From positions 49,290,001 to 49,354,000 of the forward strand of contig OX597827.1 of assembly GCA_951406725.2 (NCBI GenBank): a stretch of 64,000 bases of DNA, written 5' to 3'. Numbering within the stretch: position 1 is the first letter of the stretch; each line of letters starts with the position of its first letter. Below the pieces are notes generated by a model. The model was not told where the DNA came from, did no database searches, and saw only the letters and a program-made list of their open reading frames with translations. Shown here piece by piece: positions 26,004 to 40,800 of this stretch. Made by a program: the position numbers and the translations under genes. Origin of the DNA: Octopus vulgaris (Eukaryota).

Positions 26004-27194
26004 CATACATACATATATATATATATATACACATACATACATATGCATATATAGAATCAATAGTTGAAAAATTATAGAAATTGACAATTATTTCAGAGAT
26101 ATATAGAGATACATATGTATATACATGCATATATACACACACACATGTACATATTATATGTATGTGTTTATATATATATATATAAGCTCATACATTTGTG
26201 TGTGTGTATATAAATATATATATATACTCGCATATATGTGTATACATGCATGAAAGCATGTATGTATCAACGAATGAATGAATGAAGGTGTACATATGAT
26301 TTCAGCAGTTATCAGAAAAAACATTTTTGAAACAAAAGATAAGGATAAATATATACTTGGCTTCCTCAATAGGTTGTTTAACTGCAAGCGATTCCTCACC
26401 AAACCGAGCATATCGTTAACGTCCTCTTTTTCCCATCATCTCCCATCCTTTTCACATCACTAGCTCCCTATTATTTATTAAATCAACTGTGCATTCATTC
26501 AACTCCGTTGGCTTTATCTAATATTTACTCTAAAATGTAATTTTCTATTCAAACACTGCGCAGTATATTTGCGTACATAATGTCATTCTTTGTTTAGCAA
26601 TGAGCTATTTACTTAGAAAAGATGCTTCTTCCGCAGAAGTGTAGAATGATAGATTTAAAAAGTCATAGAGATGTCATGTGATATATATATATATATCACA
26701 TGACATCTATATATATATATTTATTTATTTATATTAAATCACGTCTGCTGAAAGTGTGCATTTTCAAAACTGCAGTCTTTTATTTTATTACTCTTTTAAA
26801 GCTTTCAACCATTGGACTGCGACCACGCTGAAGCATTGCTTTAAAGTATGAATTTCATATTATGGATCCCACTATACATTATTTCAGTTTTATTCTTGTT
26901 TTATGAGTCTGTTTGTCAAACTAATACATTATGAAGACGTAAAGGAAGATAACGTGAATAATACATGATTATATTTGCTCACGTGCCGTTTTATATTTAC
27001 ACAGTTACTTTTAAAAATTTCAACGAGAGTTCGACACGGTTTGAAGTGAAATATCATAGGCGAGTATGTGCAATCTGAGCCACATTAGAATAATAAACAG
27101 AGTAATTTTTATGGATATTTTAGGCTTTATATAATATACACGTGTTTTATGTAAACCCTTTGTTCCTACTACGACGACACCTCGGATATATTTA

Positions 27195-27208
27195 TATATA
27201 TACATATT

Positions 27209-27247
<39 letters not shown>

Positions 27248-27700
27248 TTGTATATATATATGTATATACATATTTGTATGCATATATATATATATGTATA
27301 TACATATTTGTATGCATATATATATATATATGTATATACATATTTGTATGCATATATATATGTATATACATATTTATACATATACGTACATATGTACATG
27401 CGTACGTATATGTGTATATGTACGTATATACATATATATACGTATGTGTGTGTATATATATATATATACGTATGTGTGTGTATATATATATATATATACG
27501 TATATTTATATACGTATGTATATACATATACACATGTATGTATATACATATGTATATTATATGTATATATATATATATGTAGATACATATATTCGTATGT
27601 ATATAGATACATATATTCGTATGTATATATATATACATATATGTATATACATATGTGTATATACATATATGTATATACATATATGTATATACATGTGTCT
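27195..27700. repeat. Compound (TA)/(TG)/(CA) array with short higher-order units
   Basis: Units such as TGTATATACATATTTGTATGCATATA recur; source of several spurious ORFs. Confidence 0.9.
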
Positions 27701-28257
27701 GTGTGTGCATTTTAACCATTGGTATTCTGACTATCTTCAGATACAAACGGAAGTGCACACATAAGAATGTGCATTTTCAGTATCTGTACACACGCACGAA
27801 ACCAATATAATAAAGCATTACTTCCAGCCCTCTAACAATTCTGAGTTTTCGGTTTAGCGTTATGTTTGTATTTATATGGACAGACATAGAGAAAGATTTT
27901 GTTGACCATGCTAGCAAGTATCGCCTCTCCACACCATCAGTGGCATTTAAGTGAGAGGCTGCTTTTAAAGGTCGATAGAACTGGGGACCAGTGGTGTTGT
28001 AAATATTGCAACAGGACTCAAGGACACTGTAAAGGATTTCAGGTGATTCTCTAACATTTTCTTCCTCCCCCACCCAATCCATTGGTCAGGATTGGAGTAT
28101 TTTTTATCGATCCTGTAAGGATGAACTACACAGCTGATCTCAACGGTATTCGAACATAAAACGGAGAAAAATCGAAATAAATAACGCGACGAATGAATTC
28201 CATTCACCGTTCTAACGACTCTGACAGATCGCTTCCTTACATGTGTATGCATGCATT

Positions 28258-28663
28258 TTATTCTTTTACTCGTTTCAGATGACTGTGACCATGCTTGAGT
28301 ACCGGCTTTTAGCCTAACAGATCGACCCCAGAACCTATTCTTTGTAAACCTCCTCGTATATATTCTATCGAGCTCTTTTACCGAACCGCTAAGTTAGGGG
28401 GACGTAAGCACATCCTCATCAGTTGTCAAGCGATGAAGGGGGGGGACAAACATAGACACAAAGACATTTACATGCATACACACATATATACATATACACA
28501 CGACGGGCTTCTTTCAGTTTCCGTCTACCAAATCCACTCACAAGGTTTTGGTCGGCTCGAGACTCTAGTAGTAGATATTTGCCCAAGGTGCCACGCAGTG
28601 GGACTGAACCCGGAACTATATGTTTGGGCAGCAAGCCTCTTACAACACAGCCACGCCTGCGCC
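28258..28663 (-). mobile_element. SINE family B
   Basis: Near full-length homologue of 8971-9416. Confidence 0.9.
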
Positions 28664-29093
28664 TTTTTATACAAACACACACACACACACACATATATAT
28701 ACATACGCGCACACATGTGCATACGCATATATACATTACATACGTAGATACATATATACGGACACATATACTAACACACACACACACACACACACACACA
28801 GAGGTCTATAAACAAACATTGAAACGAAAAATGTTGTTACATGATTTTAATCAAAGCTATAAATCTTTGCCCGGAAATTGTTATTCTCATAAAGATTGTT
28901 CAGCCTGCCATTGTGCCATGCTTTATATATTACGAGCCAGTTTAGATAGAGAGTCTAGACAACAACTATGAGAGTAGAGTAAACAGTTTATTACAGACTC
29001 ACAACATTTCAGTTCAAGAAAAAAAACGGATTTGTTGTTTTTTCTTCTAAACAATCATACACACACATAAATAGATAGATAGATACTAAAATA

Positions 29094-29165
<72 letters not shown>

Positions 29166-31373
29166 CTCTATATATATATATAGATAAATAGACAGATACT
29201 CAAAAAAAATAGAGAGAGAGATAGATACTCAAAATATAGATAGATACTCAAAATATAAATATATATATATATATATACTCACATGCTGTTTGAAATTGTT
29301 TTCTTCTACAAAATCATACATTATATACCCATGCACATGTACATACACTTATTTATATATTGTTCTTTGTTGTTTTTTTTTCTGAACCATTACGTATTGA
29401 ACACGCATGCGCACGTATAAACTCGTGTATGGTACACAGACCAAAAGAAACAACAATGCTCAAAAAAAATATAACGATACCAGTTATAATTATCGCTATT
29501 TTCTTCATAGGAAGCTATCCGAAATCATAGACGAATCGCAATGCCGTATTAATAATAACAATAATAATAATAATAATACCACGAGAATAAACAACTTACG
29601 TTCCTTTTTCTGCTTTAGTCAGCGTCAGGAAGCCCGCGTATATAAAGGAATAATAATGATAATAAATACCACTCGTTTTATGCAATCATATTTTATCGTC
29701 TTTTATCCGGTTGTAGCCGATCTTCCTGTAATTACACTATAATAGGAAAGACGCCATAAAATGTTTGTCTTCTAAAATGAAATAAATGTTCGATATTATT
29801 CGTTGGATTGTAACTCAGACCGAAAAGTGATCTTTGTCAAAATTTCTTGTTTCTTCTTCATTTGTTTTTTGCATGTTTGTTTCTTTTTTTTATTATTTTT
29901 TTGCGGTCTTTGCCTTTGAGATATATGTTGTCATTGCTTCGTTTCTTGTTGTTTTAGTATTCTTTACATGGGAGCGTGTAATGAAGGAGTTACTTGGTAG
30001 GCGTGCGGGGAATAAAAACACAGAGAATGTTATAAGTTTGCAAAGAGAAAGAAGAAAGAATGATAATAATATTTATTTGTTCAGTTTTCTAGTGATAGTG
30101 AGTCTCATTATTCATTGGCGTGACTAACTAGAGACTTGTGTCTTTCTGAAGTATATCTGGAGCTAGTCATTTTTATCCTTTCTTCAAGCCGATCTTTCCT
30201 TCAAGCGGATAACCTCCCGGAGCCTGTCGCTTAACAACTCTGTTCATTCTTCAAGTCTATCTTTCTTATATACGAGAAGTTCACAATCGCAAGCCAGTGC
30301 AACATATTTGACTTCATGTCTGCTCCGACAAAGAAAAATTATGATTAAAGGTGTTCCAGCAGTGTGCTACCCGTTCAGAAGACATGGGAAAGAGGAACGT
30401 TACACATCGTTTGCTCAACTCAATCCCGAAGAAAGATTTGAGAACTATTGTTGCTGCATGTATGATGTCTGCTCAAAAAGTTGGCTATCAACAGCTAAAA
30501 TCACGATAGACAGGTTGTGCCTAATAAAATTCACTCAAGCTATTATTTCTTGGAAACTTCTGCTACAGCCGTGGGACGAGATATTTTTGTTACAAGAGCG
30601 CACTAAAATTTTCAAGCTTGTACAAATCTCTCAAATGCCTGATAGCGAAATCCACATATTGCATAGAAGCATCGTTGCTCGTGTATTAAAATATTGAACA
30701 AACATTTCAGAAACTTCACATAGAACCATTCCAAAAGACGGAATTATGAATATTTTCAATACCCGAGTGCACAAACATCACTTAAAAATATTTCTATGAC
30801 TCAAAACATATATGTAGATTTTTGGAATCTGCCATTTCTTTTAGAGCTTTATAATTTATAATTTATTCGAATTGTTTTTATAAAAAAATCTTTCAACCTC
30901 ATTGTATCATACAGACAAATCTATAAAATACTCCATTTTCTTCCTTTTATCATTATCAACAATATGTATTACTATAATATTCCCTAACACATCACCAAGG
31001 CGTGTTTTGAGGTGAAGTGAGCCGGGAATCGAAACCTCTAAGCAGAACATTGGCAAAGTGAACTGAAAATAGATCAAACAAAACTGGTATTGTCTTGGAA
31101 TGAAGCCACTTGGCAGCGTAAGTTAGCCAATAGATTATTTCTTGCTTTACACTGCTGCTCGCGAGGCCGTCAACACAAATAATAAGTTATCTTCTTGACG
31201 GATAATAACAGATTACAGAATAAATAAATAAAACATCGCAATGATATATCATTGTAGCAGAGCAATATAAACCAGCGTAACAGAACGCACAGTTGCAATC
31301 AAATTATAGAGATCAAACACAATCATTCATGTGTATACACACGACCCATCCACACACACACACACACACACAC

Positions 31374-31448
<75 letters not shown>

Positions 31449-32364
31449 ATTTATTCACTCTTCTCTCATGGAGCTAAACAATTCATTTTTATGAGATCTT
31501 TACTTGTGACAGTTGAAAACTGAAAATAACGACAAGACGGAGCGAAAATGTTTTGTGGTTCTCCTTAACAAAAGTGATAAGCAAGAGAAGAAAGATAGAG
31601 CCATCGATATCCCTGGCTACAGTTGGGCTGAATCCCTTACAGATGGCTAGTAAGTTAGGATTTCTGTGGACAAGGGATTAGGTTTCATTTTCTATTTTAA
31701 GTCATAGTGTAATAGTTTAGCAACGTCATACCGCATAGTCAAACCATTACAGCTAAAATAAAAACGCTATAGCTCTCATCAAACTTAGATATTTATGCAC
31801 AACACAGCGTGTATTAGAAAACCTAAAATAATTTTTTTATTTAATGTGCTGACGACGGTCACTCGGCATGTTAACTACTCCAGCTATTACATCGAGGTTC
31901 TAGTTTGTGACTGACTTAAATAGCGATTTACTTCGTCCTCCCCGTAGGAAAGAGAAATAAAGAGGCATTGGTCATCTGAAGTGCAGTCAACAAACCGTGA
32001 CGCATATCGAGATAATCTTATTTTCCTGCATACAAGACAAACACAAGATGTATTCACATGTTATAAGTTTCATAGAGAAAGGCTTAAAAACTGTTTACGT
32101 ACTTTATATACTAAAGAGGCTAAGTCACGACTAGTCTTAAGCAATCTTTTCACCTAAAAGTTCCATAAATGAACATATAAAATGTGAGTTATATTGGACT
32201 ACGACTTTGTCTATAGAGCAAAACAATAAACCAAAGGAGCCAACTCCTGTTAAACGACATATATATTTACTTCACGCGCATACGCTAGTTATGTACCCAA
32301 TGTACATGCGCCAGTTGGGTACCAGGCGCGCATGCGCCTCTTATGTAGGTAACATTCCTACTCT

Positions 32365-32555
32365 ATTTTCTCTTTTACCTATTTCTCATGTGACCTGCGG
32401 CCATGCTGGAGCACCGCCTTTAGTCGAACAAATCGACCACAGGACTTTTTCCTTGTAAGCCTAGTACTTATTCTATAGGTCTCTTTTGCCGAACTGCTAA
32501 GTTACGCGGACGTAAACACAACATCAAGCGATGGTGGAGGCACAAACACAGGCAC

Positions 32556-32607
<52 letters not shown>

Positions 32608-33099
32608 GCACACACATGACGGGCTTTCAGTTTCCGTCCACCAAATCCGAACCGCTAAATTATGTAAATACACCAACACCGGATGTGATGGAGACAAACA
32701 CACACACGCACGCACACCATTCTTCCCGAGTATCAAAATAATTCACCTGCTTCTTTTTCTGTATATTTGCACTATATATATTTATATAAACGATAAACGT
32801 CGCCCTTTCTCAAGCCTAGTCAGGCTCATGAACCCGGTTTCACGGTTTCTGTGGCGTATGTGTTCCCCCCACTGGACGAGACGCCAGTCCATCGCAACGT
32901 TACTCAAGAAACAAGGAGAGAATGAGAGAAAGTTGTGGCGAAAGAATACAACAGGGGTCGCCACCACTCCCTGCCGGAGCCTCCGGGAGCTTTTAGGTGT
33001 TTTTGTTCAATAAACACACACAACGCCTGGTCTGGAAATCGAAACCGCGATCCTCCGACCACGAGTCCGCTGCCCTAACCACTGGGCCATTGCGCCTCC

Positions 33100-33175
<76 letters not shown>

Positions 33176-33310
33176 GTATGACGGACTTCTTTGTTTCCAT
33201 CAACCAAATCCGCTATGATAGAAGACCCTTGCCCGAGGTTCCACACAGTGAGACTGAACCCGGAACCGTGTGAGAAAGCAAACGTCTTCACACACAGCCA
33301 CTCCTCGCCT
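32365..33310 (-). mobile_element. SINE family B fragments (32365-32700 and 33181-33310) flanking a nested SINE
   Basis: GCGGCCATGCTGGAGCACCGCCTTTAGTCGA tail; AGACCCTTGCCCGAGG...CACACAGCCACTCCT head. Confidence 0.8.
32791..33099 (-). mobile_element. tRNA-derived SINE, head A + body A + tail Y
   Basis: Head and body match 5281-5624; tail GAGTAACGTTGCGATGGACTGGCG...CTAGGCTTGAGAAAGGGCG matches the 58680 copy. Confidence 0.88.
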
Positions 33311-35779
33311 GGTAAATTTTATTTTCAAAATGGACCAATTGCACTTGTACTTATGTTCCCTGTATAAAAGTGCAAGTCATGGCGGTAAATTGCATATCTA
33401 CTTATGTACCGTACGCTCGTGCGAGACATATGCAGCGAACGCTCAAGTGAGATATATGTGTCGAATGCGCATGCGCTATCAATGTATCAAATGTTCACGC
33501 GCCAGTTATACATCCCCCATGCAGTTATACATTCCACCTCTTCAGTTATATATCCAATGCGCATGTGCCACTTATGGACCCCATGCGCTTGTTCTGCTTA
33601 TGTTACCGAAATGTAAGCCACGTGAACTTGTTATATATCAACGAGCATGCGCTGCTTGCGTACACAAGGAAAATGTAAAGTAGCTAGCTTGTAAGCGGCA
33701 TGCAAAACGTACAAAACCTCTTGTAATATGAGCTGATTAGCATATAATTTATTTGCTTATTTCTATAAATAACTACCCTTTGAATCAATAAATCGCACAT
33801 GTTCTAAACATACAGTATCGCAAGGAAGGAGATATTCTCCGATGATGAAAAACAACAGCGAGCAGCATATTCCCGTTCGAATCAGCCAGAACACATTACA
33901 AATAAATAGATACGTTATTACTTGGATTCTCCCTGTTCTGCTTACATTTCATGAATTATAGAAACGACTGCTTTCTCGGGAGTTAAAAGGTTGTGAGTGA
34001 CGCAACACGGCAACACTCATCACTGAGATAAAATAACATGTGAGGACATATTATTCAAACGTCAACGAAATTACAGTTGACTGGTTGAATTTATTTCATC
34101 AAAAATCGTAAAACTTTTGTTACACTTTGAGGAAGATCCACCTTTGTTTCTAAACGTGGTATTTAATGGACATCAAATATCAAATCGCTTTTCACACTAT
34201 ACACAAACCATACATTCCAGTACTGCAGTGTACCGAACGTTTGAATATTTTGTCAGCAAAATATATTTCAACTCAATGTTGAGAGAGCTGATTCACTTAG
34301 ATACAGCTTTAAGTTGTGGGGAACCAATAATTTCGATTATTGAGTATCCATTTGATCTCAACATCTTCAAAGATATTCCTTCATCTCCCCAATGTGCTTT
34401 TGTGTGCATACCTATGTATGTATGCATATATGTGTATATATATATATATAACATGGTGTCTATTGTGTTATATATATGTAAAGGTATGTATGATGAGCAC
34501 ACGTACATTATTACATACGTATCATTATATACATTACTATATATGTATGTATGGTGAGTGTATATACATATGCGTGTGTGAGTGTGTGTATTTATGAGTA
34601 TATATACACACACTCACATTTATAAACACATATACATGTATGTGTTCATACACATTCATGTATATATATATAGAGAGAGAGATGACTATAGATACGACTA
34701 TAAATATACGTGTGTATATATATATTCAGATATGCATAGGTATATGTTCATATATATATGCATGTATGTATTTATACACATACAGATATAAAGTATATAC
34801 ATACGCGCGTACGCACACACACAGTATATACATTCATATTCTTACATGTATACATGCGTGTGTGCGTATCTATGCTTGCAATAACACTTGAGCTGAAATT
34901 TCCCCCTTCGATGGAGACATAAAACGCAAAACCTAGTATTAAATTTCGACAGCTCGCAAAGAAAATTTGAGATAATTTCCAGGAATTTAGTGTAAATTTT
35001 ACATAATTAGGATAAAATCTAATGTTCTGTTAGCAAGCAATGGGACAGCTATTGGCACACGATTGCCATTGTTGTGAGAATCACGCACACAAATACTAGC
35101 CGGCAGCTATCTAACTAATGCGTACGTGCAAGTTACGTAACTAGTGCTCGTACATCAGGTTGACACCTAATACGTGTGTGTATATTATATATTTGTATAT
35201 ATGCATAAATTATATATTTAGGTCCTGAACTGCGCTCATGCTGACACAGTGTTTTCAGGATTATATTGATTTACATATTTTATCTGTTATCAATTTCATC
35301 GACTTCAGAATCTAAGACAGATTTTTATGAGGAAAATACACAAATTCTATTGCCTTATACATTATAATGTTTGAAAGGACACAATAAACTCACATAATTA
35401 GGAAATAAAAATGCGTTTTGTGGTGACTAGTAATTTGTTACATTGGCAAACACATCAAATGTGTATGTGTGTGTATGACAGATAATGAATAATTACTTAA
35501 ATATTCGTAATCTAAATTCAGAGAACAATGTCTATAGACGTATGTGCGTAGCAATACACGCTAACACGGGCCCTAAAAATTTCCCGGTTGGTGTCTGGCG
35601 TGCTGGAAGACCACTGGAAGTGAGGCTCCCTCAGCTTTTGTCAAATTTTGTCCCTAAGAAAAGGTCAATCTTATATAAAAGCATATAAGCAGTGAGTGGC
35701 ATTGAACATTCTGGGAATGTTTTTTGAAAGAATGACGCTCCCATATTTCTAAGTCTGCTGTCCATTTGGATCTATATGG

Positions 35780-36095
35780 ACACTAGATATCTTGCCCTAG
35801 CTTGTCTCTGGATCATGCCCTGGCTTGTCTGTACAAGGTTGTTTATGGAAGACCAGCAGTCGCCCAGGCATAACCGACATCCCCTCTTCACGCCACCGAT
35901 GTTATCCAAGGAAAAGATAAAGGCCAATACAGCAAGGCACCAGTGACGTCGCAATTCATTTCTACATATGAGTGAACTGGAGCAACGTGGAATGAAGGAT
36001 CTTGATCAAGAGCACAACACACAGCCCGGTCCGAGAATTAAACACAACCCCACGAATGTGAGCGTGAGGCTCTAACCACTGAGCCATTCACCTTC
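35780..36095 (-). mobile_element. tRNA-derived SINE, body B + tail Z
   Basis: Reverse-complement homologue of 22033-22347 (GCGACGTCACTGG...CCTTGGATAACATCGGTGGCGTG). Confidence 0.85.
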
Positions 36096-36631
36096 ACTAA
36101 GAGATGGTACAGTCGTATAAAAAAGTCTGAAGTCTGGTCGGCTCAATCTCTGTTGTGCTACTGATTTTATAGCTGTTCACACTCGTGCAACTAACTAATC
36201 TACTTAGTCATTGAAATATAGTTTAAGTGTCTAACTTTTACCGTAATCCTTAAAAATGTCACCTTGACACAATTTGTCACAAAATTGGCTCTGAATTACA
36301 TGCACAGTCTATCCGACGGGCTTTTACCATTTCCCTCAACTCCGTTTTACTCATAAGGCTCAAATCGATCCGAAGCTATGGTAAAAAAAAAAAAAACACC
36401 TACTTGCCCTTGACGTCACACGGTGAGGTTGAACATTGAACAGTATTGGGCGAATGTAACGCTTTAATCATTTGCCTATGTCTTATTTTTAGAGGTATAC
36501 ACGCATACATAATTTATATACATACAAAATATAGATACCTATTATGAATACTTTAGATCGCACGCACTTATTGAACCGTCTTCACTTGAAGAGGCCTTCT
36601 CACTTTGTTAGTATAACATATATGTGAATGT

Positions 36632-36954
36632 GAAGGCGTGTGGCTTAGTGTTTAGGGCATTCCGCTCACGATCCTAAGGTCTTGAGTTCAATTCCAAGCG
36701 ACACGTTGTGTCCTTGAGCAAGACACTTTATTTCACGTTGCTTCAGTCCACCCAACTGGCAAAAATGAGTAGTGCCTGTATTTTAAAAGGCCAGCCTTTT
36801 CACACATTGTGTCACGCTGAATCTCCCAGAGAACTACGTTAAGGGTACGCGTGTCTGTGGAGTGCTCAGCCACTTACACGTAAATTTCACGAGTAAGCTG
36901 TTCCGTTGATCGTATCAGCTGAGACCCGCGTCCTCGTAACCGACGGTGGGCTCC
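36632..36954 (+). mobile_element. tRNA-derived SINE, head B + body B + tail X
   Basis: GAAGGCGTGTGGCTTAGTG...GAGTTCAATTCC...TCCTTGAGCAAGACACTTTATTTCACG...AAAATGAGTAGTGCCTGTATTT...CGTAACCGACGG. Confidence 0.9.
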
Positions 36955-36956
36955 TT

Positions 36957-38086
<1,130 letters not shown>

Positions 38087-38089
<3 letters not shown>

Positions 38090-38250
38090 TTGAAATTTAC
38101 AGAAAAACAAAACACGAAGACAGGTGTATAAGCAACAAACAGGTGAGAAAGTCTTTTACATTTCGAGCCTACGCTCTTCAGCAGAAAGGAACACGAGGAA
38201 ATAAACAGAGAAAGAATAAAAAGAAAATTTGGAGCTAGTGGTCAGTGGCT
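38087..38250 (-). mobile_element. PLE 3' terminus with hammerhead-like motif (about 38153-38188)
   Basis: Homologous to 62490-62660; minus strand CTTT-CTGCTGA-A-GAGC-GTAG-GCTC-GAAAT-GTA-AAAG. Confidence 0.75.
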
Positions 38251-38287
38251 TGTTTGCAATTTTACAACCGATAGGTAGAAATATCTA

Positions 38288-38543
38288 TCACTAAAGTGAC
38301 TGGGGTCACAAGTCATCGCTAATATAGCTAGAAATAAGAGTTAAAATAACTCATAGCCACGTGAAGCACCTAGCCAGACCACAGCGATTCCACTGTGATT
38401 GAATTGAGCCTTATGGGTATAACTGTGGTCTGACTTGCCTCTCGTGTTAGTCATTAGGATAAGTGTTTCATATGACTATGAGTTGTTTTAACTCTTATTT
38501 CTAGCAATGCTAAAGCAGAATAGCGCTCTCAGTCGCTTTAGTG

Positions 38544-38544
<1 letters not shown>
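38288..38544. mobile_element. Foldback miniature element with CACTA...TAGTG termini
   Basis: TCACTAAAGTGACTG / CAGTCGCTTTAGTGA; GCTAGAAATAAGAGTTAAAATAACTCATAG / CTATGAGTTGTTTTAACTCTTATTTCTAGC; inner CAGACCACAG / CTGTGGTCTG. Confidence 0.7.
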
Positions 38545-38622
<78 letters not shown>

Positions 38623-38760
38623 GTGTCACGCTAGACATAGCTGTACAGTTTTCTTAGTATCGATATAGCAATACCTAATAACGAATTGTTAGACTGAAGA
38701 AACGTATTGTTACTACACCGTGTAGCAGAAATTACGTAACTCCTGTTCATTTATCATATA

Positions 38761-39139
38761 CTAGCAGTATCGCCCGGCGTTGCTCAGGTTTGTAAGGGAA
38801 AAAACTATAAAGCATTTTTAGAGAGTTATAGCCAAAAAAGAGCCAAAAAATGGAAAAAATATGGTAAATTTTTTTTGAGAGTTAAAAAAGGATGGAGTTG
38901 CGTCCCCTAGACAATTTGTCGTTCGTGTTTCTGATTCTCGACCCCATGTCGAATTTATCGATTTTTTTCCGAACTGGGGGAACTTTTCAAAATTTTGGCT
39001 GCGTTAGTTTTGAATTATGACGTTGGGCTATGTGTGTGTCAAGTTTCATCAGAATCGGTTGAAAGCCGTGGTCAAGGTGAGGGTAGAAGCAAACAGACAC
39101 ACAGAAACACGCACAGACAAACTGCCGTTTATATATAGA
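38761..39139 (-). mobile_element. Non-autonomous Helitron
   Basis: Minus strand starts TC after A and ends in a degenerate hairpin (CCTGAGCAACGCCGGG) plus CTAG before T. Plus-strand AAGTTTCATCAGAATCGGTT and ACAG-type repeats resemble Lep1-like Helitrons. Confidence 0.8.
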
Positions 39140-39719
39140 TATATATATATATATATACACACACACAATATTTATTATAGTAATATGTTGCTAGAGTACG
39201 TAATATAGTGAGCCAGACAATTTGATTATTACCTAAGCTTAGAACTCCGTTGATAAGAACACAAGTTTAACACCTACGAAACATTAGGCTGAGAATATTT
39301 TCAGCAAGAGCAAAACTTGACAAATTTACTTGCGTATAAAAGTCAGTATGTGTGTGTGTGTACATGCGCGCTTTTCGTTCGTTCTCGACGTGCGTAGAAA
39401 CTATACATTAAACCAATGGTCACCAGGTTTAACTTATAATGGTTTTATACAATAAATGAACTACCATGTCTAATGCTCATCTCACACAAACACACGGAAA
39501 TACTGACTCTAAAATTATTTCTGTAACAAATACTTTTCCGTGACTTAACCCTTTCGTGTGCGTGTGTGAGTGAGTGTATTTGCATGTGTAGAAAGACCGA
39601 TAGGTAAAAGCCAGACTAATGTAAGTACTGTAGATCGATATGATCAACTAAATCAATCCATGGAGGCATTGACTCAGCATGGCTACAGTCCAATGACTTA
39701 CACCATTAAAGGAATATTT

Positions 39720-39787
<68 letters not shown>

Positions 39788-40105
39788 GTATGCGTGCACC
39801 TGTATTTATATACATGTGTATTTACATTTGTGTGTATAATTTTACAATGATTTCAAAGTTTCACTTTCTGTTGGCGCGGTCGTTGTCTAACTTTATTCAG
39901 TTAACGCTCACGAGTTATATAATTATATAAACAGTCTTTATGTGTTTATATGTATGTGCGCATGTTCGTGTGTGTGTATTTGTATATGTAAATGTGTGCA
40001 TCTGTGTGTGTGTGTGTGTGTGTGTTGAACTTCATAAATAAATATACATATACGCTATCTGAATTTCTTTATCACTCTTTCATATGCATATATATGTGTG
40101 TGTGA

Positions 40106-40151
<46 letters not shown>

Positions 40152-40367
40152 GTACGCAACTTTACTCATACACATACGAATACACATACATATATACACG
40201 CGCGCACACATTTATATACACACATATACATTTACTCGTAGACATATACAAATACATATACACACATGCTTGTACACTTGTGTATGCAAATACATATATG
40301 CATTATATTACACACATAATATGTATGTATATATATATATATGTGTGTGTGTGAGAGAGAGAAAGAG

Positions 40368-40406
<39 letters not shown>

Positions 40407-40757
40407 CGTGGGCCTATGCACGCGAATTTCAATCTGTTGAACTGAACAGCGATAATCAGGAACTATTTTTCTCTCTCTCTCGAAGCTGAAAGCAATAGCT
40501 AGAATCTCAACCCCGTACCTGATACTTTATCGTCTATCGATTAGTCCGGCTTTCAAATCTTGAAACCGGAGTCCATTCTCGATGATATCGTGCAAGCTGT
40601 TAATGTAATGGCAGCTTAGTTGAGGGGGTGGAGAGGGAGGATCGTCAGCTTACGGGAACAGCCAACGTTAAATGTATAGATGTAAGTGGCTGGTGTGTGC
40701 GTGCGTGCATGTTCGAGTGAATGAGTGTATGCGTGAGTGGAAAGCGGTCGGAAACGG

Positions 40758-40800
<43 letters not shown>

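Larger units (their letters stand above)
32262..33665. repeat. Decayed 26-bp tandem array (consensus about TTATGTAYCNAATGCGCATGCGCYAN), interrupted by SINEs at about 32355-33310
   Basis: In-phase 26-nt units at 33402, 33428, 33454 and 33480, further units near 33545-33655 and 32289-32340. Confidence 0.7.

Noticed and set aside
27142-27764. Overlapping 146-188 aa ORFs (similar ones at 3100-3593 and 51219-51866)
   Set aside because: Microsatellite translations.
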